64,000 bases of DNA from an uncultured bacterium (GTDB lineage: Bacteria; UBP15; UBA6099; JAJRTR01): the NCBI GenBank assembly GCA_964595945.1, contig CAZQSL010000004.1:231-64230 (forward strand), in the 5' to 3' direction. Positions within the stretch are counted from its first letter, which is position 1. Each line of letters opens with the position of its first letter. Shown piece by piece: positions 39,083-48,780 of the stretch. Under the pieces are notes generated by a model. The model saw nothing but the letters and a program-made list of their open reading frames with translations. It had not been told where the DNA came from and ran no database searches. The position numbers were made by a program, and so were the translations under genes.

Positions 39083-40410
39083 CAGTGAGCGAATATTCCC
39101 TTCAGCGTGCGAAGCGCGTCTTCATATTCGACTTTTTCGAAAAGCCCCTGCCTGACGAAAGCATTGACAGCTTCGATTTTCGAGATTGCATAGTCGATTT
39201 TGGGATTAGAGTTTTTGACGTATGCGCCGATGCTGATAAGGTCTTCGGCGTCACGATATATGGCAAGGACTTCACGGTAGCGCCGCATGAGCTGCGTATG
39301 CTCGTCAGAAGCTATTTCTGTCATGACACGGCTGATACTCGGCAGCACGTCGACCGGCGGATAGATATTCTTGGAAGCAAGATTTCTGGAAAGGACCACG
39401 TGGCCGTCAAGGATCGAACGTACCGTATCGGCGACAGGTTCGTTCATGTCGTCGGCTTCGACGAGGACATTATATAGCCCTGTGATCGAGCCCTTTTCAC
39501 CCATGCCGCTGCGTTCGAGCAGTTTCGGCAGAGTGGAGAACAGCGAAGGGGTGTAACCGCGCGTCGTGGGAGGCTCGCCAGTAGCGAGCCCGATCTCGCG
39601 CTGCGCGAAAGCAAAACGCGTGATCGAGTCAATCATCAGGACGACATCTTTGCCCTGATCGCGGAAATACTCGGCGACAGTAGTAGCGAGATATGCGCCC
39701 TTCTGTCTCATCAGCGGCGACTGGTCGCTTGTGGCGACTACGACGATGGAGCGCGAAAGTCCCTCTTCGCCGAGATCGCGCTCGATAAAGTCACGGACTT
39801 CGCGGCCACGTTCGCCGATAAGCCCGATGACGTTGAGGTCAGCTTTCGTAAATCTTGCTATCATGCCCATTGTCGAGCTTTTGCCGACGCCCGAACCCGA
39901 AAAAATACCGAGGCGCTGGCCTTTGCCGACAGTGAGCAGGCCATCGATCGCACGGATGCCGAGGGGCATGGGCTCAGATATGCGCCGGCGGCGCATGGGA
40001 TGAGGCGGGTTTGCATAGATTGGATAGGGAAGCACTCCGGCGATCGGGCCTTTGCCGTCTATGGGATTGCCAAGTCCGTCGATTACACGTCCTATGATAT
40101 CGTCGGATATCATGACCGAAAGTGGCCGGCCTGATGCTTCGACTTCACACCCGGGGCTGATGCCCTGCATGTCGCCGAAAGCCATAAGCAACGTTTTTTC
40201 GCCGCGGAAGCCTACCACTTCGCAGGGGATGACTCTGCCTCTGTCGCGCGTACGGATATTGCAAAACTCGCCGATAGACGCATGGGGGCCGATTGATTCT
40301 ATGATAATGCCGATAACGTCGGAGACATGCCCCATCTGTTTGACGAGATTGAGGTTCCCGACGACATTTTCAAAGTCACGAATTGTCTGATTCAGCGTTA
40401 TGTTGTTCAT
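39082..40410 (-). CDS. fliI: Flagellum-specific ATP synthase FliI
   Basis: Walker A GIFSGSGVGKSS and Walker B region VLMIDSITRFA; F1/T3SS-ATPase-like throughout. Confidence 0.95.
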   Translation of the reverse strand: MNNITLNQTIRDFENVVGNLNLVKQMGHVSDVIGIIIESIGPHASIGEFCNIRTRDRGRVIPCEVVGFRGEKTLLMAFGDMQGISPGCEVEASGRPLSVMISDDIIGRVIDGLGNPIDGKGPIAGVLPYPIYANPPHPMRRRRISEPMPLGIRAIDGLLTVGKGQRLGIFSGSGVGKSSTMGMIARFTKADLNVIGLIGERGREVRDFIERDLGEEGLSRSIVVVATSDQSPLMRQKGAYLATTVAEYFRDQGKDVVLMIDSITRFAFAQREIGLATGEPPTTRGYTPSLFSTLPKLLERSGMGEKGSITGLYNVLVEADDMNEPVADTVRSILDGHVVLSRNLASKNIYPPVDVLPSISRVMTEIASDEHTQLMRRYREVLAIYRDAEDLISIGAYVKNSNPKIDYAISKIEAVNAFVRQGLFEKVEYEDALRTLKGIFAH

Positions 40411-40461
40411 TTACAGGTTGTTCAGTTTTATTGTGCCGGCGGTAGGGACCACCGGCATTAT

Positions 40462-41346
40462 TCAGGCATGACTGTCGTCTTCGTCAATCCGGGCATATTG
40501 TTCGTCGTCCACATCGAGAGCCTGCATCACGGCCTGCTCGACTTCCGTGAACTGCCTGTCGATCTGCGCGTCCACCATACCGCCCTCAGTCTGCACGACA
40601 CAGCCGCCGGCAGCGACCTGCGGTGAGGCGAGGAATTTAAGAGTTTCACATGATTCGAGCATCGCGCGAATTTCCTGCGCGGAGTTTTTGATCACTTCGA
40701 GATCGAGGGGATTGACGTGGACGATATACTGTTTTCTGAAATCCACCCTGGCAAGCGCTCCCTTGACGACAGCGACGACCGTGGCCGGATCAGTCATGAT
40801 TTCCTTGTTGAGTATCTTTCGCGCCACAGTGAGTGCCATGCGTGCGATTTCTTTCTGGGATTCGGCGAGTATCTGTCCGTGGAACATTTTAAGTTCTTCG
40901 ATGACCTGAGCCATCATGTTGATCGATCCGGCCATTTCTTCGAGCCCGGAATGTTTGCCCTTGACATAACCGTCTTCAAAACCTTTTTTATAGCCGTCTT
41001 CTTCGCCGGCCGCGAACCCGGACGCATAGCCGTCTTTCTTGGCGGCTTCGCCGAGCTGGATATTCTGCTGGCGTATCTGTTCGACTTCCTGCTGGGCTCG
41101 CGCGAGTATCTGCTCGGAGTCCAGGCGCGCCTGTTCGCGGATGTTTTCAGCCTCACGAGCCGCGTCGATGCGGAGTTGCTCCGCTTCGCGGCGCGCACGC
41201 TCAAGGTCAGCGGCAGCCTGCTCGTCGAGGTGGTGCATGTCGCCGGTCCTGATGATCGAGATACCGTCATCGGAAAACTGGCTGAACACCATTGGGGCAA
41301 TGGCGGGGGGTTTCTGTTCGGTGATATCGCTCTTGATAATCCTCAT
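40462..41346 (-). CDS. fliH: Flagellar assembly protein FliH
   Basis: Positioned between fliG and fliI. Glu/Ala/Arg-rich coiled coil followed by a FliH-like C-terminal domain. Confidence 0.6.
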   Translation of the reverse strand: MRIIKSDITEQKPPAIAPMVFSQFSDDGISIIRTGDMHHLDEQAAADLERARREAEQLRIDAAREAENIREQARLDSEQILARAQQEVEQIRQQNIQLGEAAKKDGYASGFAAGEEDGYKKGFEDGYVKGKHSGLEEMAGSINMMAQVIEELKMFHGQILAESQKEIARMALTVARKILNKEIMTDPATVVAVVKGALARVDFRKQYIVHVNPLDLEVIKNSAQEIRAMLESCETLKFLASPQVAAGGCVVQTEGGMVDAQIDRQFTEVEQAVMQALDVDDEQYARIDEDDSHA

Positions 41347-41428
41347 GCCATGATGCGCTTTCGGGTTATAGGGCAGATGCCCCGTGATCCGGTACGGACG
41401 TTGTCCGCTGCCGGTCCTGTGTCAGCAT

Positions 41429-42451
41429 TTACAGCGAGTCGGCGCCTTCTGACCTGTAGTCGGCTATTTCTCCGGACTCGATCATGCTGCGAAGGGTATT
41501 GACGATGTGCTGCTGTGCTTCTTCGACTTCCTTGAGGCGGACGGGGCCGGCGAATTCCATGTCTTCGCGCAGCATGTCCGCGCCTCTTTTCGAGAGGTTT
41601 CCGAGTACTTTGTCCTTGACATCGTCCTTGACATTTTTGAGAGCGGTCGCGAGTTGCGCGCTTTCGACCTGCCTGAGCAGTGACTGGAGATCGCGGTCGC
41701 TGATCTTGACTATGTCTTCGAATACGAACATCCGTTTTTTGATTTCCTCGGCGAGTTCGGGATCGTTTTCGCTGAGTTTTTCCATGATGTCGAGTTCTGT
41801 GCGCCGGCCGACCCTGTTGAGGATTTCCACGACGCCGGGGATGCCGCCTGCTTCGGTATATTCGGGTGAAAGTACCATTGAAAGTTTCTTTTCGAGTACT
41901 TTTTCAACTTCCTTGATGATTTCGGGGCTGGTGCGGTCCATGAGAGCGATACGTTTTGTGACAGAGACCTGGAGGGCGGGATCGTTGAGGTTTTTGAGGA
42001 TGTGCGACGCCTGTGCCGAGTTGAGGTAAGAGAGTATGAGTGCGATTGTCTGTGGATGCTCGTTGCGGAGGAAATTGAGAAGCTGGTTGGAATCGGATTT
42101 TCGCGCGAAGTCGAAAGGCGCGACATCGAGGAATGTGGACAGGCGGTTGATGACATCCATGGCCTTGCCGGTGCCGAGGGCGCGTTCGAGCACGTCGCGG
42201 GCATAGTCGATGCCGCCGGAGAGGATATACTCTTTTGCGACAGCCATATTGTAGAAATCTTCGAGCACCGCCGCCTTGCGTTCGGGAGTGAGCTTGTTGA
42301 TAGATGCGATTTCGAGCGTGAGATGCTCGGTTTCGCTGTCGGAGAGGTGCTTGAATATCTGTGCGGCGATTTCCGGTCCGAGCGCAACCATCAGCAGCGC
42401 AGCTTTTTTCAGTCCGGAGTCTCTTTCTTTTTCTTCTTTAGCTTTGGCCAT
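41429..42451 (-). CDS. fliG: Flagellar motor switch protein FliG
   Basis: N-terminus LKKAALLMVALGPEIAAQIFKHLSDSE, three armadillo-like FliG domains and a C-terminal charged helix. Confidence 0.9.
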   Translation of the reverse strand: MAKAKEEKERDSGLKKAALLMVALGPEIAAQIFKHLSDSETEHLTLEIASINKLTPERKAAVLEDFYNMAVAKEYILSGGIDYARDVLERALGTGKAMDVINRLSTFLDVAPFDFARKSDSNQLLNFLRNEHPQTIALILSYLNSAQASHILKNLNDPALQVSVTKRIALMDRTSPEIIKEVEKVLEKKLSMVLSPEYTEAGGIPGVVEILNRVGRRTELDIMEKLSENDPELAEEIKKRMFVFEDIVKISDRDLQSLLRQVESAQLATALKNVKDDVKDKVLGNLSKRGADMLREDMEFAGPVRLKEVEEAQQHIVNTLRSMIESGEIADYRSEGADSL

Positions 42452-42511
42452 GATTCACCTTTATCAGAGATGAGCAGTAGTGTATGCCCGCGTCCCGCGC
42501 GGGCTGGTCGC

Positions 42512-44149
42512 TTATTGTTTGACTGGTTCTTCCTTGTTGTCGAAAAGCCATGAGCGTATGATAAGCGCCGCGCCTTCGGGGTCGTCATGGATGATGCGGA
42601 GGACTTCTTCCCTGACCCTTTCACGCTGGCGCTGCTCGTCGGATATTTCGGGGATAAGCAGTTCTTCCACCGGGATCGCTTCTTCGAGCGGGAATGATTC
42701 GGGTTCCGGTTCGACCGGTTCTTCTTCGACGACGACCATACGGCGGAGCGCGAGGAGAGTGATCACGATGACGGCGATGAATGCGAGCACGACGAGACCG
42801 ATGGAGAACCACTTCATGCGTTCTTCCCACATCTGCTGTTTTTCATACTGGGCCTGCAGGGGGTTGGGTTCTTCGGTAAACTGGATCGGGATGACCGAGA
42901 CCTGATCGCCGCGGGTGTTCGTATCGAGATTGGCGGCTGCGACGACATTTGCCTGTACGTCACGTACTCTTTTGGTCGTCATATATTTTTTCACGTCGCT
43001 GTCTTCGGGCACATTGAGCATGACTGCGACCGAGAGGCGGCGGATGTCGCCCTGATTTTTCTCTTTCTTGTCGAGGCGGCGCGTGACTTCGAAGTTGGTG
43101 GTCTGTTCGTTGCGGTTATACTGCGCGTTGCCTTCTGCGAGCCCCTTGTATCCGGGTATGTTGGAAGTAGTGCCCGGCACGCCGATTTCGGGGACGGTGC
43201 CAGTGCCGAGGTATTTTTCCTCGATCGTCTGCTGGCTGCGCGGTATGCCGGAGTCGCCGACAACCGGTTCGTAGACTTCGTCTTCCGTCGTGTGGACATC
43301 GTAGTCGAGTTCGGCCGATACGGTGACGACGATATTCTTTTCGCCGAACACTTTGGCGAGCGCGACATTGATCTTGTCCTGATACATTTTTTCGATTGAT
43401 TTTTTATGTTGGAGCTGGAGTTCGGTGAGACGGAATTTTTCTTCGAGTTTTGCGCGTTCGTCGAAGTTCGACAGTATTTCGCCCGATGAATTGACGACGA
43501 CAACGCTTTTGGAATCAAGTCCCTTGACCGAAGCGGCGACAAGGTTGACGATGCCGCGGACCTGCTCCTGAGTGAGGTTTTTGCCTTTTCTGATTTTTAG
43601 AGCTACAGAGGCGGAAGCCTTTTGCTCGTTGACGACGAAGAGGGATTCGTCGGGCTGCACGATCATGACGCGGGCCTTTTCGACGGCGTCGAGTCCCATT
43701 ATGGTGCGGGAGATTTCGCCTTCGATCGCGCGGCGGAGATTGACTTGCTGCGTGAAGTCGGTGACGCCGAGTTTTGTCTTGTCAAAAAGCTCGTATCCGA
43801 CAGTGCCGCCAGCGGGGATGCCCTGGGCGGCGAGTTGTATGCGGGTCTCGAACACTGCGTCTCTGGGGATCATTATCGCCGTTCCGTTGTTGGCGAGTTC
43901 GTAGGGGGTATTCTCTTTTTTCAGTTGATCAACGATGGCGGCAGCGTCTTCGGATTCGAGTTGGGTGAATAGTGTCGCATAGTCGGGCGATCCAGCCTTG
44001 ACGGCGAGGAAAATGATGAGCGCGAGGATGGCAAGAGGGATGATGCCAAGCCCGGCTCCAAGTGCAATGCGCTGGTTCCTGTTCAGTTTTTTCCAGAACT
44101 CGGTGGCGTTTTGAGTCAGCTTGTTGATCCGTGATCTGAGTTCGTCCAT
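42512..44149 (-). CDS. fliF: Flagellar M-ring protein FliF
   Basis: N-terminal TM LGAGLGIIPLAILALIIFLAV, periplasmic YscJ/FliF domains, second TM WFSIGLVVLAFIAVIVITLLAL, and a C-terminal FliG-binding tail. Confidence 0.9.
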   Translation of the reverse strand: MDELRSRINKLTQNATEFWKKLNRNQRIALGAGLGIIPLAILALIIFLAVKAGSPDYATLFTQLESEDAAAIVDQLKKENTPYELANNGTAIMIPRDAVFETRIQLAAQGIPAGGTVGYELFDKTKLGVTDFTQQVNLRRAIEGEISRTIMGLDAVEKARVMIVQPDESLFVVNEQKASASVALKIRKGKNLTQEQVRGIVNLVAASVKGLDSKSVVVVNSSGEILSNFDERAKLEEKFRLTELQLQHKKSIEKMYQDKINVALAKVFGEKNIVVTVSAELDYDVHTTEDEVYEPVVGDSGIPRSQQTIEEKYLGTGTVPEIGVPGTTSNIPGYKGLAEGNAQYNRNEQTTNFEVTRRLDKKEKNQGDIRRLSVAVMLNVPEDSDVKKYMTTKRVRDVQANVVAAANLDTNTRGDQVSVIPIQFTEEPNPLQAQYEKQQMWEERMKWFSIGLVVLAFIAVIVITLLALRRMVVVEEEPVEPEPESFPLEEAIPVEELLIPEISDEQRQRERVREEVLRIIHDDPEGAALIIRSWLFDNKEEPVKQ

Positions 44150-44214
44150 CTGGTTTCTCCAGGATATTCCGGCCTGTCCCTGCCTGCGGCGGGGGGGCCG
44201 CGATCGAGCCTATT

Positions 44215-44532
44215 TTACATGGCGGTGCGCATCAATGTTTTGAACGCGTCCACGACCGAGTCCCTGACTGCCTGCGTGAACTGAAGTGCGAGACTTGCTT
44301 TTTCGAGAGCGATCATCACGTCGTGTACGTTTGCGACTTCGCCCATTGCGAGCTTGACTTCCTGCTCACGGGCATTGGTCTGTAGCGTGTTGACCTTGTC
44401 GACGGCGGTTTTCAGCATTTCGCCGAAAGTTGCCGGCTGCCCCTCCGCCGCGTCCGTCTCGAACGGCAGCGGCGAACTTGGTCTGATCGGTCCTACCGAC
44501 TGTATTATCGTGCCTATTTCGTCAATTTTCAT
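44215..44532 (-). CDS. fliE: Flagellar hook-basal body protein FliE
   Basis: FGEMLKTAVDKVNTLQ...VHDVMIALEKASLALQFTQAVRDSVVDAFKTLM. Confidence 0.8.
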   Translation of the reverse strand: MKIDEIGTIIQSVGPIRPSSPLPFETDAAEGQPATFGEMLKTAVDKVNTLQTNAREQEVKLAMGEVANVHDVMIALEKASLALQFTQAVRDSVVDAFKTLMRTAM

Positions 44533-44566
44533 GATGACACCATGTCATGTCCGTCGGATACCCGGA

Positions 44567-45025
44567 TTATTTTCCGATCGTCAGTGCTGACTTGAACATC
44601 GATTTGGCCGAATTGATCGCCGTGATATTCGCCTCATAAGCGCGCGAGGCATTGATGAGGTCGACCATTTCCTTGACGGAGTCAATGTTGGGATAGGCCA
44701 CATAGCCCTCGTTATTGGCATCCGGATGAGCAGGTTCGTATCTGAGTCTTGGCGCGGACGGGTCTTTCATCACTTCGAGCACCTTGACGCCGTCGCCCGG
44801 GTTGGAAATTTTTGATTTGATTTTTTCCGGCAGGAATGGAAACTCGCGAAAAGTCTCCTCGCCCTTCGACGCGAATACCACAAGCTGGCGTTTGAACGGG
44901 CCACCCTCTGGCGTACGAGTAGAGTCGATGTTCGCAAGGTTGCCTGCGATGATGTCCATGCGAAATCGCTGGGCCGTGAGCGCCGATGCGCTTGCGTCTA
45001 TTGATTTGAACATTGAGTCACTCAT
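44567..45025 (-). CDS. flgC: Flagellar basal-body rod protein FlgC
   Basis: ALTAQRFRMDIIAGNLANIDSTRT N-terminal rod motif and a C-terminal SRAYEANITAI. Confidence 0.9.
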   Translation of the reverse strand: MSDSMFKSIDASASALTAQRFRMDIIAGNLANIDSTRTPEGGPFKRQLVVFASKGEETFREFPFLPEKIKSKISNPGDGVKVLEVMKDPSAPRLRYEPAHPDANNEGYVAYPNIDSVKEMVDLINASRAYEANITAINSAKSMFKSALTIGK

Positions 45026-45028
45026 TGA

Positions 45029-45457
45029 TTACACCACCTTCATGACACTTCCGAGACCTTTGAACTTGCGTGAGATCACTTCGGTAAGCGCGTCATAAGT
45101 GAGCTGGGTTTTAGCGAGTTCCGCCATCTCGACGTCTAGTTCCACATTGTTGTCATCGGCACGCGAATAGGTATCGTTCTCGCGCCAGATGGAAGGGCGC
45201 ACACCCCGGATTTCGGTCGGCGGATTGATCGGGATATGCTGTTTGTCAGTCGCGAATCCCACAAGCCTCGCGGGTGACTTTTCAAGAGCCTGTCTGAAAG
45301 TGTCCTCGAAATTCACTTCGAGCCGCTTGTAATGTGGAGTCTCTGCGTTGGCAAGATTCTGCGCAATCGTCTTCTGCCGCAGCGCCGCAGCGTCCATCGC
45401 TTTGGTCACCGCTATGTAAGAAAGGCTGTTTTCGAGTTTTTCGAGCACGCGCGCCAT
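45029..45457 (-). CDS. flgB: Flagellar basal-body rod protein FlgB
   Basis: KTIAQNLANAETPHYKR rod N-terminal motif and a C-terminal TQLTYDALTEVIS. Confidence 0.9.
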   Translation of the reverse strand: MARVLEKLENSLSYIAVTKAMDAAALRQKTIAQNLANAETPHYKRLEVNFEDTFRQALEKSPARLVGFATDKQHIPINPPTEIRGVRPSIWRENDTYSRADDNNVELDVEMAELAKTQLTYDALTEVISRKFKGLGSVMKVV

Positions 45458-45546
45458 CCCCTTTGTGGGTTATGATCCAAGTTAAACAAATTTATAACAC
45501 CATACCAGTAATGTCAATATGGAACTGGTCCGGCTTTTATTTCGAC

Positions 45547-45993
45547 TCAGGCATCGCGATCGAAGAAACGGGGCGCCTGTTTCGGACTTTTGACAAATTC
45601 CGTAAATATCTTTTTCGCGTTTCTGACCGACTCCAGCTTGTTAGACGTACCAGCCTGTTCTTCCGAGAGCTTGTCGATTATGACAGCTTCGTTTCGCTCG
45701 AGCCTCTGGAGTTTTTCGATCAGCTGTGGGAAAAGCCGCTCGGATTCTTCACGGTCCGATCCGGCAAGGCCCGGTGGCATGACACCGTTTTTGATCGGGA
45801 TCGAGTCGCACACGGGCTTGATCGCTTCCACCGATTCCAGAAAAGAAATCACTCTCGGCACCATATCGTCATGCTTGTTTCCCGATTTGAGATCAGCCAC
45901 AACAGGGTCCGACAATTCAAGCGTCCTGTCCACGAGACAGATGCACTCGGCAAGAATCGATGCCAGTGTATTACCTGATTTTATTTCAGACAT
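45547..45993 (-). CDS. Hypothetical protein, first gene of the flagellar rod/basal-body operon
   Basis: 148-aa ORF with SD AAAAGGGA. Lies directly downstream of a sigma70-like promoter and 90 nt upstream of flgB. Confidence 0.45.
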   Translation of the reverse strand: MSEIKSGNTLASILAECICLVDRTLELSDPVVADLKSGNKHDDMVPRVISFLESVEAIKPVCDSIPIKNGVMPPGLAGSDREESERLFPQLIEKLQRLERNEAVIIDKLSEEQAGTSNKLESVRNAKKIFTEFVKSPKQAPRFFDRDA

Positions 45994-46022
45994 ATTGAAT
46001 CCCTTTTCGCCCTGTGAGCAAG

Positions 46023-46052
46023 ATTATACCTTTATTTGATGCGCATTGTAAA
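46023..46052 (-). promoter_or_regulatory. Sigma70-type promoter candidate (TTTACA-N18-TATAAT) for the flagellar operon
   Basis: Minus strand reads TTTACAATGCGCATCAAATAAAGGTATAAT ~30 nt upstream of the ATG at 45993. Confidence 0.4.
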
Positions 46053-46100
46053 TGACATGGCATAATCCGTTACGGCGTGATGTATGTCACAGCTCAGCAT

Positions 46101-46130
46101 ACAAATAAAGCCGGGGGGCGCCCCGGCTGA
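46101..46130 (-). terminator. Rho-independent terminator after the amidase gene
   Basis: Minus RNA GCCGGGG-CGCC-CCCCGGC followed by UUUAUUUGU, 30 nt past the stop at 46160. Confidence 0.55.
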
Positions 46131-46159
46131 TTCGCAAATACAAGCCCTTCAGGGGCAAA

Positions 46160-47656
46160 TCACCGTGTCTCTTCTGCCGGAAGGGCTCTCTCGACATAGT
46201 TGCGCGGCTGATCACTTGGGGCGCTGCCGGCGGCAACGCCATTATTTTCAGTGACGATTTTACCTTTTTGCGATTTGACCCTGGTAGAGTTTGCGTAATT
46301 AGTCCTGCGCGGTGATTTAGGCAGATTCGCCATGAGCGACGATGGCAAGCCCATTGGCGCAAGGGCATAACCCGTACCGCCGAAATGGGCTTCGAGACCA
46401 TTGAAGAGGCCACGGGCGGCGTTTTCACGGAATGTTTCGTTTTTCAGAAGTTCGAGATCGGCCGGATGAGATATGTAGGCCACTTCAGCCAGCACGGCCT
46501 CCATGACTGTTTTTCTCAGCACGAGATAGTTGGCATCTATCACGCCGAAGTCACCGATGCCAAGGATGCCGCTGAGATTTTGCTGCATGGTGAGACCGAG
46601 CGGATATGATTTTTCGCCCCTGTAGTACATCTGCGTGCCGCGTACGGAAAGCTTGGCTCCATGATTTTCAAGAGCATTGATGTGAATGGATACAAAAGTG
46701 TCGACCGAATTCCTGTTGGCAATGGCAGCGCGCTCATCAAGCGGTATAAATGTGTCATCGGAGCGTGTCATGATGACCTCGGCGCCCGCGCGTTCGAGCA
46801 GGCTTCGCAGTCTGAGCCCGATATCGAGTACCAGGTCCTTTTCATTTGTGCGGCGGTCTCTCGACTGAGCCCCGGGGTCTTTGCCGCCATGTCCGGGATC
46901 GATGCAGATTTTCCTGCCATTGAGCGAATACTGGTTGATGCTGATGACGAGGGAATTTCCGTCGCGGTAGATTTCAGTCCTGGCCGGCAGCAGAGTTTCG
47001 ATCTGAAGTCTTGTCGAAGCCCCGAATGGTTTGACGGAAACAGCCTCGACTATGCCGTCGTTGATCTCACTGCGTTTTTCGCCGCCCGAAGCATAGCCGG
47101 GGAAATCGATGGCTACGCCAGCCGCATTCGCGACCGGCTGGGTGTACTGCGGGATTATTTCAAACGGGATTTTGATCCTTATCCATTCAAGGGAGCGCGA
47201 AACCTGCACCTGCGGGAAACTTTTTTCTCCCGCGCTCTCCGAAACCGTCACCGTGCCGAGCGTCTCATTGGCATTGACACCAAGTCTCACCGGTTTTTTC
47301 AAGTCAATTACGATACGGACGACTTCGGGATCGGTCGAAAACTGCGCCATGCGCACCTGATGTATGATGCTCGTGTCGACTGCTATATTTTTCGTCACTT
47401 CAGCAATGACAACATCCGATACATCGATGACGAGCCTGTCCGGAGCTGTGAGGGAAAACCATGCAACTTTTATCGGCTGCCCGAAGTTGAATTTAATGAA
47501 GGATGAGCCCTGCGCGCGGTTTATCTCGACATTGATGTCGCTCGATGGACTTGCAGCCGACGCGACCCGTGAATTAAGGGCGAGAAATATAAGTGCGGCT
47601 ACAAATAGCAGCGAGCGCGCAGGCTTTGCGTGTCTGCATACATTTGTCATAGTCAT
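46160..47656 (-). CDS. N-acetylmuramoyl-L-alanine amidase (Amidase_3, AmiC-like) with an N-terminal AMIN-type domain
   Basis: Signal peptide. Catalytic domain ICIDPGHGGKDPGA...DLVLDIGLRL...DTFVSIHINA. Confidence 0.85.
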   Translation of the reverse strand: MTMTNVCRHAKPARSLLFVAALIFLALNSRVASAASPSSDINVEINRAQGSSFIKFNFGQPIKVAWFSLTAPDRLVIDVSDVVIAEVTKNIAVDTSIIHQVRMAQFSTDPEVVRIVIDLKKPVRLGVNANETLGTVTVSESAGEKSFPQVQVSRSLEWIRIKIPFEIIPQYTQPVANAAGVAIDFPGYASGGEKRSEINDGIVEAVSVKPFGASTRLQIETLLPARTEIYRDGNSLVISINQYSLNGRKICIDPGHGGKDPGAQSRDRRTNEKDLVLDIGLRLRSLLERAGAEVIMTRSDDTFIPLDERAAIANRNSVDTFVSIHINALENHGAKLSVRGTQMYYRGEKSYPLGLTMQQNLSGILGIGDFGVIDANYLVLRKTVMEAVLAEVAYISHPADLELLKNETFRENAARGLFNGLEAHFGGTGYALAPMGLPSSLMANLPKSPRRTNYANSTRVKSQKGKIVTENNGVAAGSAPSDQPRNYVERALPAEETR

Positions 47657-47665
47657 ACGGGGGTA

Positions 47666-48012
47666 TGGAGGCGGCGGGAATTGAACCCACGTCCGGGGAA
47701 GCCAATCCGTCAGCGTCTACAGCTTATCTCACAATTTGATTTCAGTCTCGCAGGGCTCCCGTGAGCAGGATACCTGTCCGCTTGACCTGAGAAATCTTTC
47801 GCATTCCGTATCAGATATCAGGATGCGGCACCAACCTGACGTCACCGACACCGCGCTCGGTCGGGGCAGCGCGGGCGATGTCGCTGTTTATTAAGCAGCG
47901 AGAGCTAGTTCGTTGTTTGCACTTAACTTGTTTGTCGCCTTTTTTACGAGTCTGCGGCAAACTCGGCTGCAACCGGCGAGTTGATACAACCCCGTCGAAC
48001 CCTTACGCCCCC
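47666..48012 (-). ncRNA. ssrA: tmRNA (SsrA), encoded tag peptide ANNELALAA
   Basis: Minus strand 5' GGGGGCGUAAGGGUUCGACGGGG... A tag reading frame GCA AAC AAC GAA CUA GCU CUC GCU GCU UAA UAA. 3' T-arm and acceptor GGGUUCAAUUCCCGCCGCCUCCA. smpB lies immediately upstream. Confidence 0.8.
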
Positions 48013-48036
48013 CCTTTCGTAGTTATGTTGTTACGG

Positions 48037-48552
48037 TCAGTCCCCCGACATACCAATGTTTCTTGATCGTCTTTTTATTTCCCGCCCTGCTTCCAGGGTC
48101 GCGTGTCTATCAATAATGTCCTGCTTCTTGTCGTATTGTTGCTTACTTTTCGCAAGTCCGATACAGAGTTTCGCGCGATTGTCCTTTATATAAATGCTGA
48201 CTGGGAGTATTGTCAACCCCTTTCTCTGAACTTTTCCTACTATTGCATCAATTTCGCGTCGATGGAGTAGGAGCTTGCGGTCTTTGTATGGCTCATGGTT
48301 GAAAAATTTTCCGCCCTTGTTGTAGAGTGAAATTTTCATACCGATGATGAACGCCTCGCCGTTTTTGATTCTCACATACGCATCGTTGATGACTACGGCA
48401 CGTTGCCTGATCGACTTGATTTCCGATCCGGCAAGGACTATTCCGGCTTCATAAGTCTCAAGGATATGAAAATCGAATCTGACTTTCTTATTATCAAGGA
48501 TCATCTTGAAATTCGGGTCTTCGTTTTTTCCAGTTTTTTTCGCGGCTGCCAT
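48037..48552 (-). CDS. smpB: SsrA-binding protein SmpB
   Basis: ILDNKKVRFDFHILETYEAGIVLAGSEIKSIRQ...HEPYKDRKLLLHRREI. Confidence 0.9.
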   Translation of the reverse strand: MAAAKKTGKNEDPNFKMILDNKKVRFDFHILETYEAGIVLAGSEIKSIRQRAVVINDAYVRIKNGEAFIIGMKISLYNKGGKFFNHEPYKDRKLLLHRREIDAIVGKVQRKGLTILPVSIYIKDNRAKLCIGLAKSKQQYDKKQDIIDRHATLEAGREIKRRSRNIGMSGD

Positions 48553-48780
48553 CGGCCACCTTCCATCTTTACATCACCCGTCACAATTACGGACGTCTGT
48601 TTTCATAAAATCTTGCATATTTCCGAAAAAATGTTTTTCGACAATACGTTTTTCAGGATTTGTCACATTTTCCTAAACAACGACTGCCTTCAGGTCAGTA
48701 AATATTCAGCATATCCCGTGTAATTCTATGTGCTCGACGGGTAAGAATCAATTGAATGACGTATTTTCACAAAAAATGAC

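Noticed and set aside
47656-47666. Amidase start codon only ~10 nt from the tmRNA 3' end, raising doubt about the amidase start
   Set aside because: Kept as called. A later start would remove the basic N-region of an otherwise good signal peptide (MTMTNVCRHAKPARSLLFVAALIFLALNSRVASA). Flagged instead as a finding about transcriptional organisation.
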